A stretch of 64,000 nt of DNA from Octopus sinensis (GCF_006345805.1 NC_042998.1:30876001-30940000), one strand, 5' to 3'; positions 1 to 12,225 are shown, counted from the first letter of the stretch. Translations and numbers: made by a program. Notes: generated by a model from the sequence alone, not told the origin.

Positions 1-61
1 GGTAAGTATTTCATCCCTTCATCTGCCCTGCATTTTAATTCTTTTGCCTTTGATTCATCCA

Positions 62-470
62 TATCATCATCCTCATTTAACGTCCGTTTTCCATGCTAGC
101 ATGGCTTCGACGGTTCGACCTGGGGTCTGGGAAGCCAGGAGGCTGCACCAGGCTCCAGTCTGATCTGGCAGTGTTTCTACAGCTGGATGCCCTTCATAAT
201 GCCAACCAGTCCAAGAGTGTAGGTGTAGTGGGTACTTTTTACGTGCCACTGGCACAGGGGCCAGAGGAGGCTGGTAAACAGGCATGATCGGTTGCTGCTT
301 TTACGTGTCATCGACACAGACGCCAGACGGGCGGCGCTGGCATCTGCCGCATATGGACGGCACTTTTAACTTGTCACTGGCACGAGTATCTTAACTGCAA
401 ATTCCATTTGATTTTCATTTTGATGTTGGTGTTAATGTACTTGACTCAATAGGTCTCCTCAAGAACAGTG
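62..470 (-). mobile_element. SINE family C ((ATG)n tail). Other copies near 2752-3065, 6449-6900, 15580-15830 and 26423-26560 (-); 17290-17672, 25278-25580, 25900-26090 and 60105-60545 (+)
   Basis: Recurrent catcatcat...tttaacgtccgttttccatgctagcatggg...ggctgcaccagg...ggatgcccttcc with internal gtgccaccggcac repeats. Confidence 0.85.
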
Positions 471-873
471 GGTCACTCTACGATCCAAGGTTAGATGAAA
501 AAAACCTGTGCTAAGCATGTATGTACTGTGTATGATATGACTGGCTAGACTCTTCTGCTAAGATTTGTGGTCTTATGCTAGTGTGGGAAATTGTCCATTT
601 TATAATGTGAGCCCTTGTAAGATAAAAAGTTTGCTAAGAGGAATAAATCAGTTTATAATGTATATTTTAGACAGAACTTTCTGTTTTTTAGTGAGGGATT
701 TTATCTTTCTTTTTATTCTGACAAATGGATCTGCTCAACACATAAGATTTCTTGTCTTCTAAAATGGCTGTACATTCTGACATTTGAATTCAGAGCCTCT
801 GCACAAATGATCCATACCGTTACTTTGTAGACATTTCAACTCTGCTAATATTCATCTGAATAACAGAAGAATG

Positions 874-1214
874 GGATCTTTTCACTTTGACCAGCAGATA
901 TTTAAAATAATTTCTTTTTAACTAAAAAATTTTAAACTTCATATACTGGTAGAATATGTCACATAAAACATCGTTTTCTCTTGGCGTTCTTGAGAAAACT
1001 ATGTAGTTTGTAAGCTATTTGTTGTTTAATTTCTTGTATTTCGGCAATTTCAACCAATCAATGGCGTCTATTGAGGTGAATACAATTACTGCTGTTGTTT
1101 GTCAACAAGTTCAACAAGAACTTCTGGCAGTGTATATTTCGTTTATGAAAGTTTAAAAGTGTTTAGTTACAAAGAAATTATTTTTAAAATCTGCCGGTCA
1201 AAGTGAAAAGATCC
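874..1214. mobile_element. Merlin-like MITE (GGATCTTTTC TIR, 8-bp TSD)
   Basis: TIRs of about 50 bp; flanks gaagaatg / gaagaacg. Confidence 0.8.
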
Positions 1215-1394
1215 GAAGAACGATATAAAGCTGTAGTGAGTTGCCTTGTACGTTTGTGTTCAGAGTTCAGTTTCAAGTTGGGTCATTTTGTATTTCATCC
1301 TTCTTGAATGTAAATTATGTCCCTTCTAATAACAAATTGGTCTTTTTCACTTACACAAAATAAAAGAAAAAAGAAATCAAAATTAATTTGTGGA

Positions 1395-1850
1395 TGTGTG
1401 ATAAACAGCTTGCTTCTCAACCACATGGTTCCAAGTTCTGACCCACTGTGTGGCACCTTGGACAAGTGCCTTCACTATATCATCAGGCCAACCAAAGCCT
1501 TGCAAGTGGATTTGGTAGACAGGAACTGAAAGAAGTCCATCGTATTGTGTGTGTGTGTGTGTGTGTATGTTTGTGTGTGTGTGTGTGCATGTGTGTGTGT
1601 GAGTGTGTGTATGCATGTATGTATCTTTATGTTTGTGTTTGTCCCCCATCGCCACCACTGCTTGACAACCAGTGTTGGTATATTTATGTCCTCATGACTT
1701 AGTGGTTCAGCAAAAAAGAGATTGATAGAATAAGTACCCAGCTTTAAAATAACAAGTACTGGAGTTAATTCGTTTGACTAAGAATCCTTCAAGGCACTGC
1801 CCCAGAATGGCCACAGCCGAACGACTGAAACAGTTAAAAGATAAGAGACA
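1395..1850 (+). mobile_element. SINE family B (tRNA-like head, internal microsatellite). Other + copies near 3345-3575, 9200-9580, 14055-14620 and 22895-23075
   Basis: Head ...accacatggttcc(g/a)ggttcagtcccactg...gaaactgaaagaagcc, (TG/TA)n, then ...gctccagcatggcc...gaaacaagtaaaag. Confidence 0.85.
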
Positions 1851-1914
1851 CTGATAAGTCTGTATAATTATTCCATTACAAACCCTTTCCCAAAATTCCT
1901 TATTCTCTTTCCAG

Positions 1915-2061
1915 AAAGTTACTCTCCCATGGTTCGGTGTGTGAAGAATATATTCATGAAAACAAAACCTGTACCTTAGGAACGTGTCCTTTTGATTGTT
2001 ATTTCAAAGAAAATGGTTACTATAACAATGAATTAATCAGTGAAGATTCTTGTGAAGTGTG
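1915..2061 (+). CDS. SCO-spondin/mucin-like gene, internal exon (end of TSP1 repeat, start of VWC-like module); upstream exons lie outside the window
   Basis: Acceptor tattctctttccag, donor gtaagt at 2062. Phase 2 to 2. Reads KLLSHGSVCEEYIHENKTCTLGTCPFDCYFKENGYYNNELISEDSCEVC. Confidence 0.88.
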
Positions 2062-2232
2062 GTAAGTTGTAAAATTTTATTCAGAATACTTTATATTAAG
2101 TTTTATAAAGAAATTTTACTTTAAATTAATTGTTTTACTGCTTTAACAAAACTATTTTATATTGGATTTACATATCACATCATTTACATTATTTACATTT
2201 GACGAATATTTGTCCTCATCTTGTTTGTTGTT

Positions 2233-2278
2233 AACACAACATTTCGGCTGATATACCCTTCAGTCTTCATCAGGTGTC
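2233..2278 (-). ncRNA. Minimal type I hammerhead ribozyme-like motif (inverted arm)
   Basis: Reverse complement reads GACAC CUGAUGA A GACUG-loop-CAGCC GAAA UG UU GUGUU. Confidence 0.62.
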
Positions 2279-2568
2279 TTGGGGAAATTTCAAACTTGTG
2301 TTCTCATTCCTAAGGTATTTTTTGATGTTGTTGTTGTTGTTGTTGTTATTCAGGTCACTGCCTGGAATCAAACTCGGAATCTTGGGGTTAGTAGCCCACA
2401 CTCTTAACTACTATGCCATATGCATGGGCATATGGCGTAGTGGTTAAGAGCATGACCTACTAACCCCAAGATTCCAAGTTCGATTCCAGGCTGTGGCCTG
2501 AATAATTATAATAATAATAACATCAAAAAAATCTTAGGAATGAGGACCCAGGTTTGAAATTTCCCCAG

Positions 2569-2614
2569 GACACCTGATGAAGGCTGTAGAGTACATCAGC
2601 TGAAAGGTTGTGTT
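2569..2614 (+). ncRNA. Minimal type I hammerhead ribozyme-like motif (degenerate stem III)
   Basis: GACAC CUGAUGA A GGCUG-loop-CAGCU GAAA GG UU GUGUU. Stem I is GACAC/GUGUU; putative cleavage triplet GUU. Confidence 0.65.
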
Positions 2615-3689
2615 AATAACAAACAAGATGAGGTCAAATATCCATCAAATGTAAAGAATGTACATTATTCCTTATCTCTTAAATATAGAACTGTATTACA
2701 TATCACAGTCTTACTAAATTGACAAAGTTCCACCATTTATATTACATTCCACATCATCATTGTTGTTTAACGTCTGCTTTCTATGCTGGCATGGGTTGGC
2801 CCGTTTGACTGCAGCCAGAAGGCTGCACCAGGCTTCACTCTAATCTGACAAAGTTTCTACAGCTTGATGCTCTTTCTAATGCCAACCACTCAGGGAGTGT
2901 AGTTGGTGCTTTTTACGTGCCACTGGCACAATGGCCAGTCAGGCGAACTGGCATTGACCATGCTCAAATGGTGCTTTTTATGTGCCACCAGCACGGGAGC
3001 CAGTCAGGTGGCACTGGCAACAACCATCCTTGAATGGGGTTTTTCATGTGCCACCGGCACAGGAGCAACGTGGAATAAAGTGTCTTGCTCAAGGACACCA
3101 ATGTACCACTGAATATTGAACATGTGACCTTAAAATTATGAGTCAAATACCCTAACCACAACACCATACACCTTCACAGATGTCACTATGTGTCTTATTT
3201 AAATAAAGCTAAGCACATATATTTAAAATTTACTGAATACAACAAACAAAGTGGAAGACTTGAACTAAAAAACACTATATTATTTTTCTTCAGTGTTTTA
3301 GCTTTGAAAAACTATTAAAATAAATATAACTGGGAGTGGTTAGTGGCTGTGTGGAGGTGCAGGAGTGCTGTGTGGTAAGTAGCTTGCTTACCAACCACAT
3401 GGTTCCAGGTTCAGTCCCACTGCATGGCATCTTCAGTAAGTGTCTTCTACTATAGCCTCGGGCTGACCAAAGACTTGTGAATGGATTTGGTAGACGGAAA
3501 CTGAAAGAAGCCCGTCGTATATATGTATATGTAAATATATATGTGTGTGTGTATGTGTGTGTTTGTGTGTCTGTTTCAACCAGAGAAATAAGATTCCTTG
3601 CAAGAGGAATAAGAATCGTCTCATGTATTCCGTTTACCTTTGTAGTTTCTTGATGAGCACAGCACTACTAGAACTGACATTTGCTTTAA

Positions 3690-3894
3690 CCCTTTCATTA
3701 CCAACCCGGCTGAAACTGGTTCTGGCTCTGAGTACAAATGTCTTGTTTTCAAAAGTTTTGAATTAAAATCTTCCACCAAACAGTCACAATTTATGTTCCA
3801 AGCACTAGCTTAATGATAACCAAGTTGTTTTACTAAATTTAATGTAATTGAAAGAAACACAGAGCATTGAAAGATAAATACAGTAACAAAAGGG
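3690..3894. mobile_element. piggyBac-like MITE
   Basis: TTAA|CCCTTT ... AAAGGG|TTAA. Confidence 0.82.
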
Positions 3895-3994
3895 TTAATC
3901 ACTTCATTTTCTCAAGTATTTTTTGAACATGAATAAGTCACAATAGAAATGTTTCTTAGTAGTTTACAGTAAATTTCTGTCGTTTATGTTCCAG

Positions 3995-4044
3995 TTATTG
4001 CACAGCCTCAAACATATCCTGCTTTTATCAACCAAATGCAAAAG
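3995..4044 (+). CDS. SCO-spondin-like exon (rest of VWC-like module)
   Basis: Acceptor tttatgttccag, donor gtaatt. Phase 2 to 1. Reads (C)YCTASNISCFYQPNAK, completing a C-x2-C-x-C pattern with the previous exon. Confidence 0.82.
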
Positions 4045-4477
4045 GTAATTCTTCACCATTTTGTTTTCAATTCCACTTTACAAACACAATGTATCTGAAA
4101 CTTTGATAAGGTACTTCATAATTTCCTGATGTTGTTGGTGGTAGTAAAGATATCTAAGGCAAAAAATTGAAGAATATTCCAAAATCATTCCAGTTTTGTA
4201 GCATGTATGTGTGTCTGTAATTTTATTTTATTCTTTTGCAAGCCTCAGGAAAATTAGCTATTCATAACTTGAGGTTTATGTTGCTCATTTTACACGGAAG
4301 CAGCCTGGCCTTTTTCGGATATTTGCTGAAATAACAGTTGTAATGATCTCTGAGACTGGTTGAGTTTGGACCATTGTCATCTTGGCTTAAATATAAGCGC
4401 TAACAACATCAAGAATATGAGTTCCTTTTAAGAAATGTATTAACAAAGGCAAGCGTATTATATTTTTAGATATGTTT

Positions 4478-4800
4478 CTTTATTAGCCACACAGGGCTGA
4501 ACACAGACGGGACAAATTACAAGGTAGAGCTTTTCCTTTTGGGGAGGAAAAAAAAGGGGGACAGAAAAGGGATCATAAAAGGAAAGAAAAGAAACAAAAA
4601 CGATCAATGGGGGTCGTGTATCACAGAAATGTCATGATATAGAGTGTAAAGGGGGAAACAGATAAGGTTTATCCAGGGAAAGAAAAGCCTACAGGAAAGA
4701 CCTTGATAACCTCGGTCAATAATGTCACATGTTAACACATTTACTTGCAAGTAAGTAACTCTCTGTTTTTTAATTTTTCCGGGTTCATAGGATCATGCTC
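4478..4800 (-). mobile_element. LINE 3' UTR fragment sharing its tail with SINE family A
   Basis: Reverse complement tttgtcccgtctgtgttcagccctgtgtggctaataaagaa resembles the family A tail. Confidence 0.5.
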
Positions 4801-5354
4801 AAGGTGGCTTCGTCATTCATATGTGCCATCCTTTATTTTATAATACAAGAATCGTTGTTGACTTGGTTGATCATCCAAATACGGGGATGGGATAATCCTT
4901 TCTAATACAGGTACAAGACCTGAAATTTGGTGGGAGGGGCTCAAGTGGATTAACCCCAGAGTCCAACTGGCACTTATTTCATTGATGTTCAAAAAGATAA
5001 AAGGCAATGTTGACTTCAATAGGATTTGAACTCAGAACATAAAGTCAGATGAAATGCTGCTAAGCATAATAATAATGTTACATAATAATAATGTTATTAT
5101 CTTAAATATTTCATTTTAAAATAGTAAAAACAAAATTAAATTTATATTGATATTTCAATTAAATTCTGTTGTGTCTGGGGAGAGTCATTTTCTTTTTGTG
5201 CCTTATAATATAACACACTCACTGGTAAAATTTCCACTTTTTTCTTATTTTTAATTTACTAAAATTTTCAATAGTTTTGACTCTCAAAAGAATCTTGCAA
5301 ACCAAATATTTCAATTAAATACAATTCTAAAATATTTTAAATTTACTTGACTAG

Positions 5355-5525
5355 CTGATGGAAAATGGGCAAGCTGGTCTGAGTGGGGACCTTGCAGCCG
5401 TACATGCCAGCCTGGTGGAATCAGAACTAGAACTCGCTCTTGCTCAAATCCTTTACCACGCTGTGGGGGAAAAGTCTGTTCAGGAAACGCTGTTGATTAT
5501 GAATACTGTACCATGAAGAAGACAT
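5355..5525 (+). CDS. SCO-spondin-like exon, canonical TSP1 repeat
   Basis: ctag acceptor, gtaagt donor. Phase 1 to 1. Reads ADGKWASWSEWGPCSRTCQPGGIRTRTRSCSNPLPRCGGKVCSGNAVDYEYCTMKKT, with WxxWxxW, CSxTC and RxR motifs. Confidence 0.95.
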
Positions 5526-7064
5526 GTAAGTAACATTTGATACTGTGTTATTTCAAATCCACCTTATGAATACACTAGCAGCTAAGCCCGGTTTCACCCA
5601 GTCTGTTTGGATGATGTGGCTGTGATCGTTTTCGGTTAGGCATAATCTATGACAGCGTTTGTCAACCTTATCATTTTGGGTCTCCTGTTTCGATTGGAGC
5701 CTCCAGCTATATGAAACTTTCCTCACCCCACCCCGTCAGAAAACAGCTTCTAAGCAACTGGTTGTTTTAATGGCAGAAGAAAGAGGGAAATTCCATTAGA
5801 AAAAGTTTTAATCGATTTTCTCGATAAGTATGAGGGTTAGGAAAAAATACAAACTGCGTTCCAATCTGTGCTCCTCTCTCCACGTGTGTGCCATTCTTCC
5901 TGTGGGTCCACCCAGCCGTTTGGCTGTGAACCTCAAGACAAGAAAGAATACAACGATCGCCCATGTCCAATTTATATTATAGAATTAATTCCCAACATTT
6001 CTGAAATACTATTTGCGTCTAAGTCTTAAAGTTCACTTCATTTCATATAACCTTATTATTCGCATCACCCAATGGATACCTGCTTCAGTTTCACCCAGCT
6101 TAATAATGGCATAGTTGACGGTACCATTTCTGTTATCTCAGGTTATATGTCTTACATCCTGAAACAAATTGATATGTCTGACACTATTTTGTCATTCTAG
6201 TTGATTAATTGTCCTACATCAGCTCCAATAAAGCAAATATATCATGTAGGGGGTCAGTCAACCAACTAAATACATTCTTCATATCAAACTCGTTAGATAT
6301 ATTGTTCTTCTGCCTAATTAAAACTGAAGTCATGAATTTCAACATTCATTGCACGAGGTACATTGTGGTATCCGTGTATTAAAATTTCTTCTACAATCCA
6401 GTCTTTAATTTTTTATTCATAGATTTCATTGTTTGCTATCCAGGAATCATCATCATCATCATCATCGTTTAACATCCGTTTTCCATGCTAGCATGGGTTG
6501 GACGGTTCGACCGGGGTCTGGGTAGCCAGAAGGCTGCACCAGGCTCAAGTCTGATCTGGCAGTGTTTCTACAGCTGTATACCCTTCCTAACGCCAACCAC
6601 TCCATGAGTGTAGTGGGTGCTTTTTATGTGCCACCAGCACAGGTGCCAGGCGATCAGTTGGTGCTTTTTACATTCCACCGGCACAGAGGCCAGTCAAGGC
6701 GGCGCTAGCATCGGCCACATTCGGATGGTGCTTTTTACGTGCCACCGGCACAGGGATCACAACTACAATTTCCATTGATTTTTTTATGTTGATGTACTTG
6801 ACTCAATAGGTCTCTACATACAGGGTCGAAATGGTGTTTATTTACTCGCCACCTGCACAGGAGTCAGTCCAGTGGCACTGGCAATGACCGGGTGCCAGTC
6901 ATCGAATTTGGTTAAATTAGTTCCAGAATTGCTCTCAAAAGTTATGATCATAGAGACTAACAATATTCCATTGCAATATATTCCATGGTGATATCTCTAC
7001 AATTTTGTATTACTTTATTTTGATATTTAAAACTACATGCATTTTTGTTTTCTCCGTGTTACAG

Positions 7065-7217
7065 GCTGTATTTATGAAGAATGGTCAATGTGGTCAACAT
7101 GCAGCAAGCCATGTGGTAAAGGTTTTCGGATCAGTGAACGAAAGAAAACCAAGGATTCATCTTGCAAATTAGATATTGAGACTAGAACAAAAACTTGTCG
7201 AGTACGGCCTTGCAGAG
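7065..7217 (+). CDS. SCO-spondin-like exon, TSP1 repeat
   Basis: Acceptor tctccgtgttacag, donor gtatta. Phase 1 to 1. Reads CIYEEWSMWSTCSKPCGKGFRISERKKTKDSSCKLDIETRTKTCRVRPCR. Confidence 0.93.
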
Positions 7218-7419
7218 GTATTATCTAAAAGCCACGATTTTTTAATAATATATCAAAAAATATATATTTTGCTAATTTTCCAAGATCAGTTATTTTGAAG
7301 TGTATTTTAAGATTTTCTAGAGAAATGAAAACAAGAGCAATCACTCAATAATGAAAAGGTCTGAAACACTGCCTAGAAATAAATGCTATAAACTTCAAAT
7401 TCTACATCCATAGCTATCA

Positions 7420-7505
7420 GTCTATCTATCTAGCTAGCTTTCTATGTGTCTATCTATCTATGTATCTGTCTGTCTACCTATCTAAGTAGCAAGTTATTTT
7501 TCTGC

Positions 7506-7568
<63 letters not shown>

Positions 7569-7620
7569 GGTATCTGTCTGTCTATCTATCTATCTATTTA
7601 TATATCTAGGTATCTGTCTT

Positions 7621-7684
<64 letters not shown>

Positions 7685-7790
7685 GGTATCTGTCTAGATA
7701 TCTTTCTATCTATCTGTCTGTCTATCTGTCTAGGTATCTGTCTATCTATCTAGCTAGCTAACTATCTATCTATCTACCTATCTACCTATC
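7420..7790. repeat. (CTAT)n microsatellite
   Basis: Long tetranucleotide tract with ctag/ctgt variants. Confidence 0.95.
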
Positions 7791-8344
7791 ATTCTGTTGT
7801 GTGGAAGAAGAACACCCCTATTGGTTGGCTCCTAATGGACTGTGCCACAATAGAAATGGACATGCACAGACAGCCTTCAGAGCAGAGTAAAGTTGAGAGT
7901 TGCATACTGTCGAGGGTTATTACGAGTATCTTGAGTAGAACAATTTGCAAGGACATTATTATTATCATTCCATCATATCGTATGTCAAAGGTGCAATACA
8001 ACACATTCTCTACATATATAAATATCACCGTGATCACCGTGACCAACCAGTCTATCAGATGTTGCTACACATCGCTGGTCACAATGCGCTTCACATTGTT
8101 TTTAGCCTTCAAATGACGCCACCCTGCTGGCTAAGCGAGCAAGCCAACAGAAGAAAGAATGAGAGAAAGTTGTGGCAAAAGAGTACAGCAGGGTTCGCCA
8201 CCACCCCCTGCCGGAGCCTCGTTGAGCTTTAGGTGTTTTTGCTCAATAAACACTCACAACACTCGGTCTGGGAATCGAAACCACGATCCTACGACCACAA
8301 GTCCGCTGCCCTAACCACTGGACCATTGCACCTCTACACATATA

Positions 8345-8561
8345 CTCTTTTCCTCTTTTACTTGTTTCAGTCATTTGAATGCGGCCATGCTGGAGCACCA
8401 CCTTTTGTTGAGCAAATCGGCCCCGGGACTTATTCTTTGTAAGCCCAGTACTTATTCTATCGGTCTCTTTTGCTGAACCGCTAAGTGACAGGGACGTAAA
8501 CACACCAGCATCGGTTGTCAAGCAATGCTAGGGGGACAAACACAGACACACAAACACACAT

Positions 8562-8616
<55 letters not shown>

Positions 8617-8775
8617 TATGACAGGCTTCTTTCAGCTTCGGTCTACCAAATCCACTCACAAGGCATTGGTCGGCCCGGGGCTATAACAGAAGACACTTGC
8701 CCAAGATGCCACGCAGTGGGACTGAACCTGGAACCATGTGGTTGGTTAGCAAGCTACTTACCACACAGCCACTCC
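8345..8775 (-). mobile_element. SINE family B. Other - copies near 9890-10425, 13375-13885, 18385-18540, 30945-31340, 33320-33485, 40752-41125, 45470-45905 and 52850-53040
   Basis: Reverse complement of the family B consensus. Confidence 0.88.
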
Positions 8776-9055
8776 TTTATTGGCCATGCAGGGCTAAACA
8801 TAGAAGGGACAAAATACTCAGGACACAAGTTTGAGGTGAGGGACTTACCAAACCACCACCTTGCTGTAAGCAAATACTATAAGCACAAGTAGTTTATAAC
8901 CAGTTTCATTTATTTATTTATTTATTTATTTACTCATATTTAGCATTAATTATTCTTGCTAATGCTTCGTTATTATTGCTAATACTGTTATAGTAATTGC
9001 ATTTAACAAAAAAATTATTATCAAACAGCATTTAACACATTTACAAAAGTTAATA

Positions 9056-9291
9056 CAGTAGATCCCGCTTTATTAATCCATTGATAATAAATCTACCCAC
9101 TTAATGTATCAAAAATCTCTCACTTAATAAATCCAACTGTTGCTGCTTCTTCCTAAAGTTTCAACATGTGGCAGTGAATGAATCAAGTGGTTTTTGTGGG
9201 GGGGGGGGTCACATTAAATACTGACAGGTAGGCTCCAGCAGCCACAGCCAGCCAGCTGTCATGCTGTACACTCCATCATCCAAAAATAGAT

Positions 9292-9358
<67 letters not shown>

Positions 9359-9691
9359 ATATGTTTGTGTGTCAGTGTTTGTCCCCCCAACATATCTTGA
9401 CAACCGATGCTGGTGTGTTTACGTCCCCGTAACTTAGCAGTTTGGCAAAAAGGTCTGATAGAATAAGTACTAGGCTTACAAAGAATAAGTCCTTGGGTCG
9501 ATTTGCTCGACTAAAGGTAGTGCTCCAGCATGGCCACAGTCAAATGACTGAAACCAGTAAAAAGCAAAAAAAGTAAAAAGTAAGTAAGGTTTAGTCAATC
9601 AACAAATTTTGTTCCCCGCTGTTAATAAATCCCTCATTTAATAAATCCAAAATAGGTGGTTCAAGATGGATTTATAAAGTAGGGTCTTCTG
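9056..9691. mobile_element. Tigger/pogo-like MITE interrupted by a SINE
   Basis: TA|CAGTAGATCCCGCTTTATTAATCCA ... TGGATTTATAAAGTAGGGTCTTCTG|TA. Confidence 0.7.
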
Positions 9692-10159
9692 TATTTAAAT
9701 AAGAGATGAAGACAAAAAAAAACTGTTGAGAAGCATCCCTCATGCCCCGTTTCCCACTGTCTCAGTGCTCCTCTTTGACTTTGAGCATCTATATTTAATT
9801 TCCCACCATCCCCTAAGGAGAAGTACTGCCCACATCGAGAACCACTGATTTATACCCTACTTGATGACAAATGGTTATAAACTAACTACTCTTTTACTCT
9901 TTTACTTGTTTCAGTCATTTGACTGTGGCCATGCTGGAGCATAGCCTTTAGTCAAGCAAATCGACCCCAGGACTTATTCTTTGTAAGCCTAGTACTTATC
10001 TATCGGTCTCTTTTGCCAAACCACTAAGTTACGGAGACGTAAACACACCAGCATCGATTGTCAAGCAATGTTATTGGGGCAAACACAGACACACAAATGT
10101 ATACACAGACACACACACGCATACATATATATATATATATTATATATATATATATATAT

Positions 10160-10210
<51 letters not shown>

Positions 10211-10226
10211 CAATGACTTTAGTTTG

Positions 10227-10259
<33 letters not shown>

Positions 10260-10580
10260 TACGACGGGCTTCTTTCAGTTTCTGTCTACCAAATCCACTC
10301 ACAAGGCTTTGGTCGGCCCGAGGCTATAGTAGAAGACACTTGCCCAAGGTGTCACACAGTGGGACTGAACCCAGAACCATGTGGTTCGTAAGCAAGCTAC
10401 TTACAATACAGCCACTCCTACACCTAAGTAACTAAGTTTGGCTGAGAAATGTTTCTCAAACATCATATTAGCTTTGTGTCATTTGTTCAAAATTTTATAC
10501 TGAACAGATCTTCTCAAAACAAAAGCAACTTGTTAAACTGTTTTATACTTTTTCTCATGAATCTGTTTCTTTCACTCCAG

Positions 10581-10736
10581 TGAGATGTGGTAAATGGACA
10601 AGATGGTCACCTTGTGTGGGTCAGTGTAACAAAGGTGTCAGCAAAAGAACTTTTAGAGTTTCCAGGAGACGAAGAAATAGATCTGTCTGCAAGACTCAAA
10701 CGGAAGAAAGAGAATGCAAACTGGCCAAAAAATGCA
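10581..10736 (+). CDS. SCO-spondin-like exon, basic TSP1 repeat
   Basis: Acceptor ttctttcactccag, donor gtaagt. Phase 1 to 1. Reads VRCGKWTRWSPCVGQCNKGVSKRTFRVSRRRRNRSVCKTQTEERECKLAKKC. Confidence 0.92.
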
Positions 10737-11439
10737 GTAAGTAAACATTCATCTCAATTTCTCTAAACTGTTAAAAAGGGGGGGGAAATGAACCTTGTGC
10801 TCCTAGTAAAATGGCTAGCATTAGGAAGGACATCCAGCTGTGGCTACCATTACAAAACAGACATTGGAGATCAGAGCTTTCGTCTGGCTAATTGGTTCCT
10901 CTTGAATTGTCCAACTCCCTGTTGACCTAGGCGGAATCAGCAGTCACCCTCACGAATTAAACACGTCTTGTTTCGCTGCCGTCTCTGCTCGAACTGACGA
11001 CACGTGCTTCCTGCCCACGCATGCCCTCTGCCTGTCTCACTGGCCCCTGTAATATTTCTTACTTCTGTCCACCTCATCTGCAATCCCCTCCACCTACACC
11101 ACCTGGCTCCATCACAGCCCATAACACCACAAACATGTCACTCCATGGGTTACAACAAGAAGAGTTCCAGTTGATCCGATCAGTGGAACAGCCTGCTTGT
11201 GAAATTAACGGGCAAGTGGCTGAGGACTCCACAGACCTGTGTAGTTTTCAGAGAGATTCAGCACCATACTGAATGCAACAAGGCTGGCCATTTGAATTAC
11301 AGGTATGACCCATTTTTGCTAGCAGAATGGATTGGGACAACGTGAAACAGAGTGTCTTGCTCAAGGACACAATGCCAGAAATAAAACTCACACTTTACAA
11401 CCATGGGCTGAACCCCAACCACTAAGTTGTGTTACGGAG

Positions 11440-12225
11440 CACTAAGAGTACCAAATGAGAGAGATCCTTGCCAGAGCAACAAGCTGGCCTTCGTGCCGAT
11501 GGCACGTTAAGCACACCATTCGAGAGTGATCGTTACCGCGTCACCTTACTAGCACTTCTGCTGATGGCATGTGAAACAATCGAGCGAGATCGTCACCAGT
11601 GCCACTGGACTGGCTCCTGTGCAGGTGGCACGTAAAAAGCACCATTTGGGCATTGCCGTTGCCAGCACCACCAGTGTAGCCAATGCCAGTGCCGCCTAAC
11701 TGGCACCCATGCCATTGGCACGTAAAAAGCACCATTTGAGTGTGACTGATGCAAGAGTCACCTGACTGGCTCCCATGCCAGTGGCACATAAAAAGCACCA
11801 TTTACACATAACCGATGCCAGAGCCACCTGACTGGCACCCATGCCGGTGGCACATAAAAAGCACCATTTGAGTGTGGCCAATGCCAGAGCCAACTGACTG
11901 GCACCTGTGCTAGTGGCACATAAAAAGCACCATTTGAGTGTAGCTGATGCCAGAGCCACCTGACTGACACCCGTGCCGGTGGCACATAAAAAGCACCATT
12001 TGAGTGTGGCCAATGCCAGTGCCTCATGACAGACACCCATGCCAGTGGCATGTAAAAAGCACCCACTCTCAGAGTGGTTGGCGTTAGGAAGGGCATCCAG
12101 CTGTAGAAACCTTGCCAAATCAGATTGGAGCCTGGTGTAGCCTTCTGGTTTGCCAGTCCTCTGTCAAACCGTCCAACCCATGCCAGAATGGAAAGCGGAC
12201 GTTAAACAATGATAATGGTGATGAT
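11440..12225 (+). mobile_element. SINE family C copy with expanded internal array of about 60-bp units
   Basis: About seven units of gccagtggcacataaaaagcaccatttgagtgt... between 11625 and 12060. Confidence 0.85.

Larger units (their letters stand above)
2180..2695. mobile_element. Head-to-head palindromic element; each arm is a tRNA-like head, an (AAT)n spacer and a hammerhead-like tail
   Basis: Arms 2185-2423 and about 2428-2662 are inverted copies. A box TGGCGTAGTGG at 2433-2443, B box GTTCGATTCC at 2478-2487. 12-bp direct repeat ttacatatcaca at 2168-2179 and 2696-2707. Confidence 0.85.

Noticed and set aside
2428-2495. Functional tRNA gene
   Set aside because: A and B boxes are present, but the acceptor and anticodon stems do not close properly and it is embedded in a repeat. 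The same holds for the heads of SINE families B, D and E.
10937-11272. Short ORFs in a GC-richer intronic block
   Set aside because: No Cys/Trp pattern fitting the host gene, no usable splice sites, and the right part is a SINE D fragment.
11625-12060. CRISPR-like repeat array
   Set aside because: Units are continuous and degenerate with no unique spacers; eukaryotic context and no cas genes.
11541-12118. Repetitive ORFs such as LKWCFLCAT repeats
   Set aside because: Translation of the 60-bp array inside SINE family C; no splice context.
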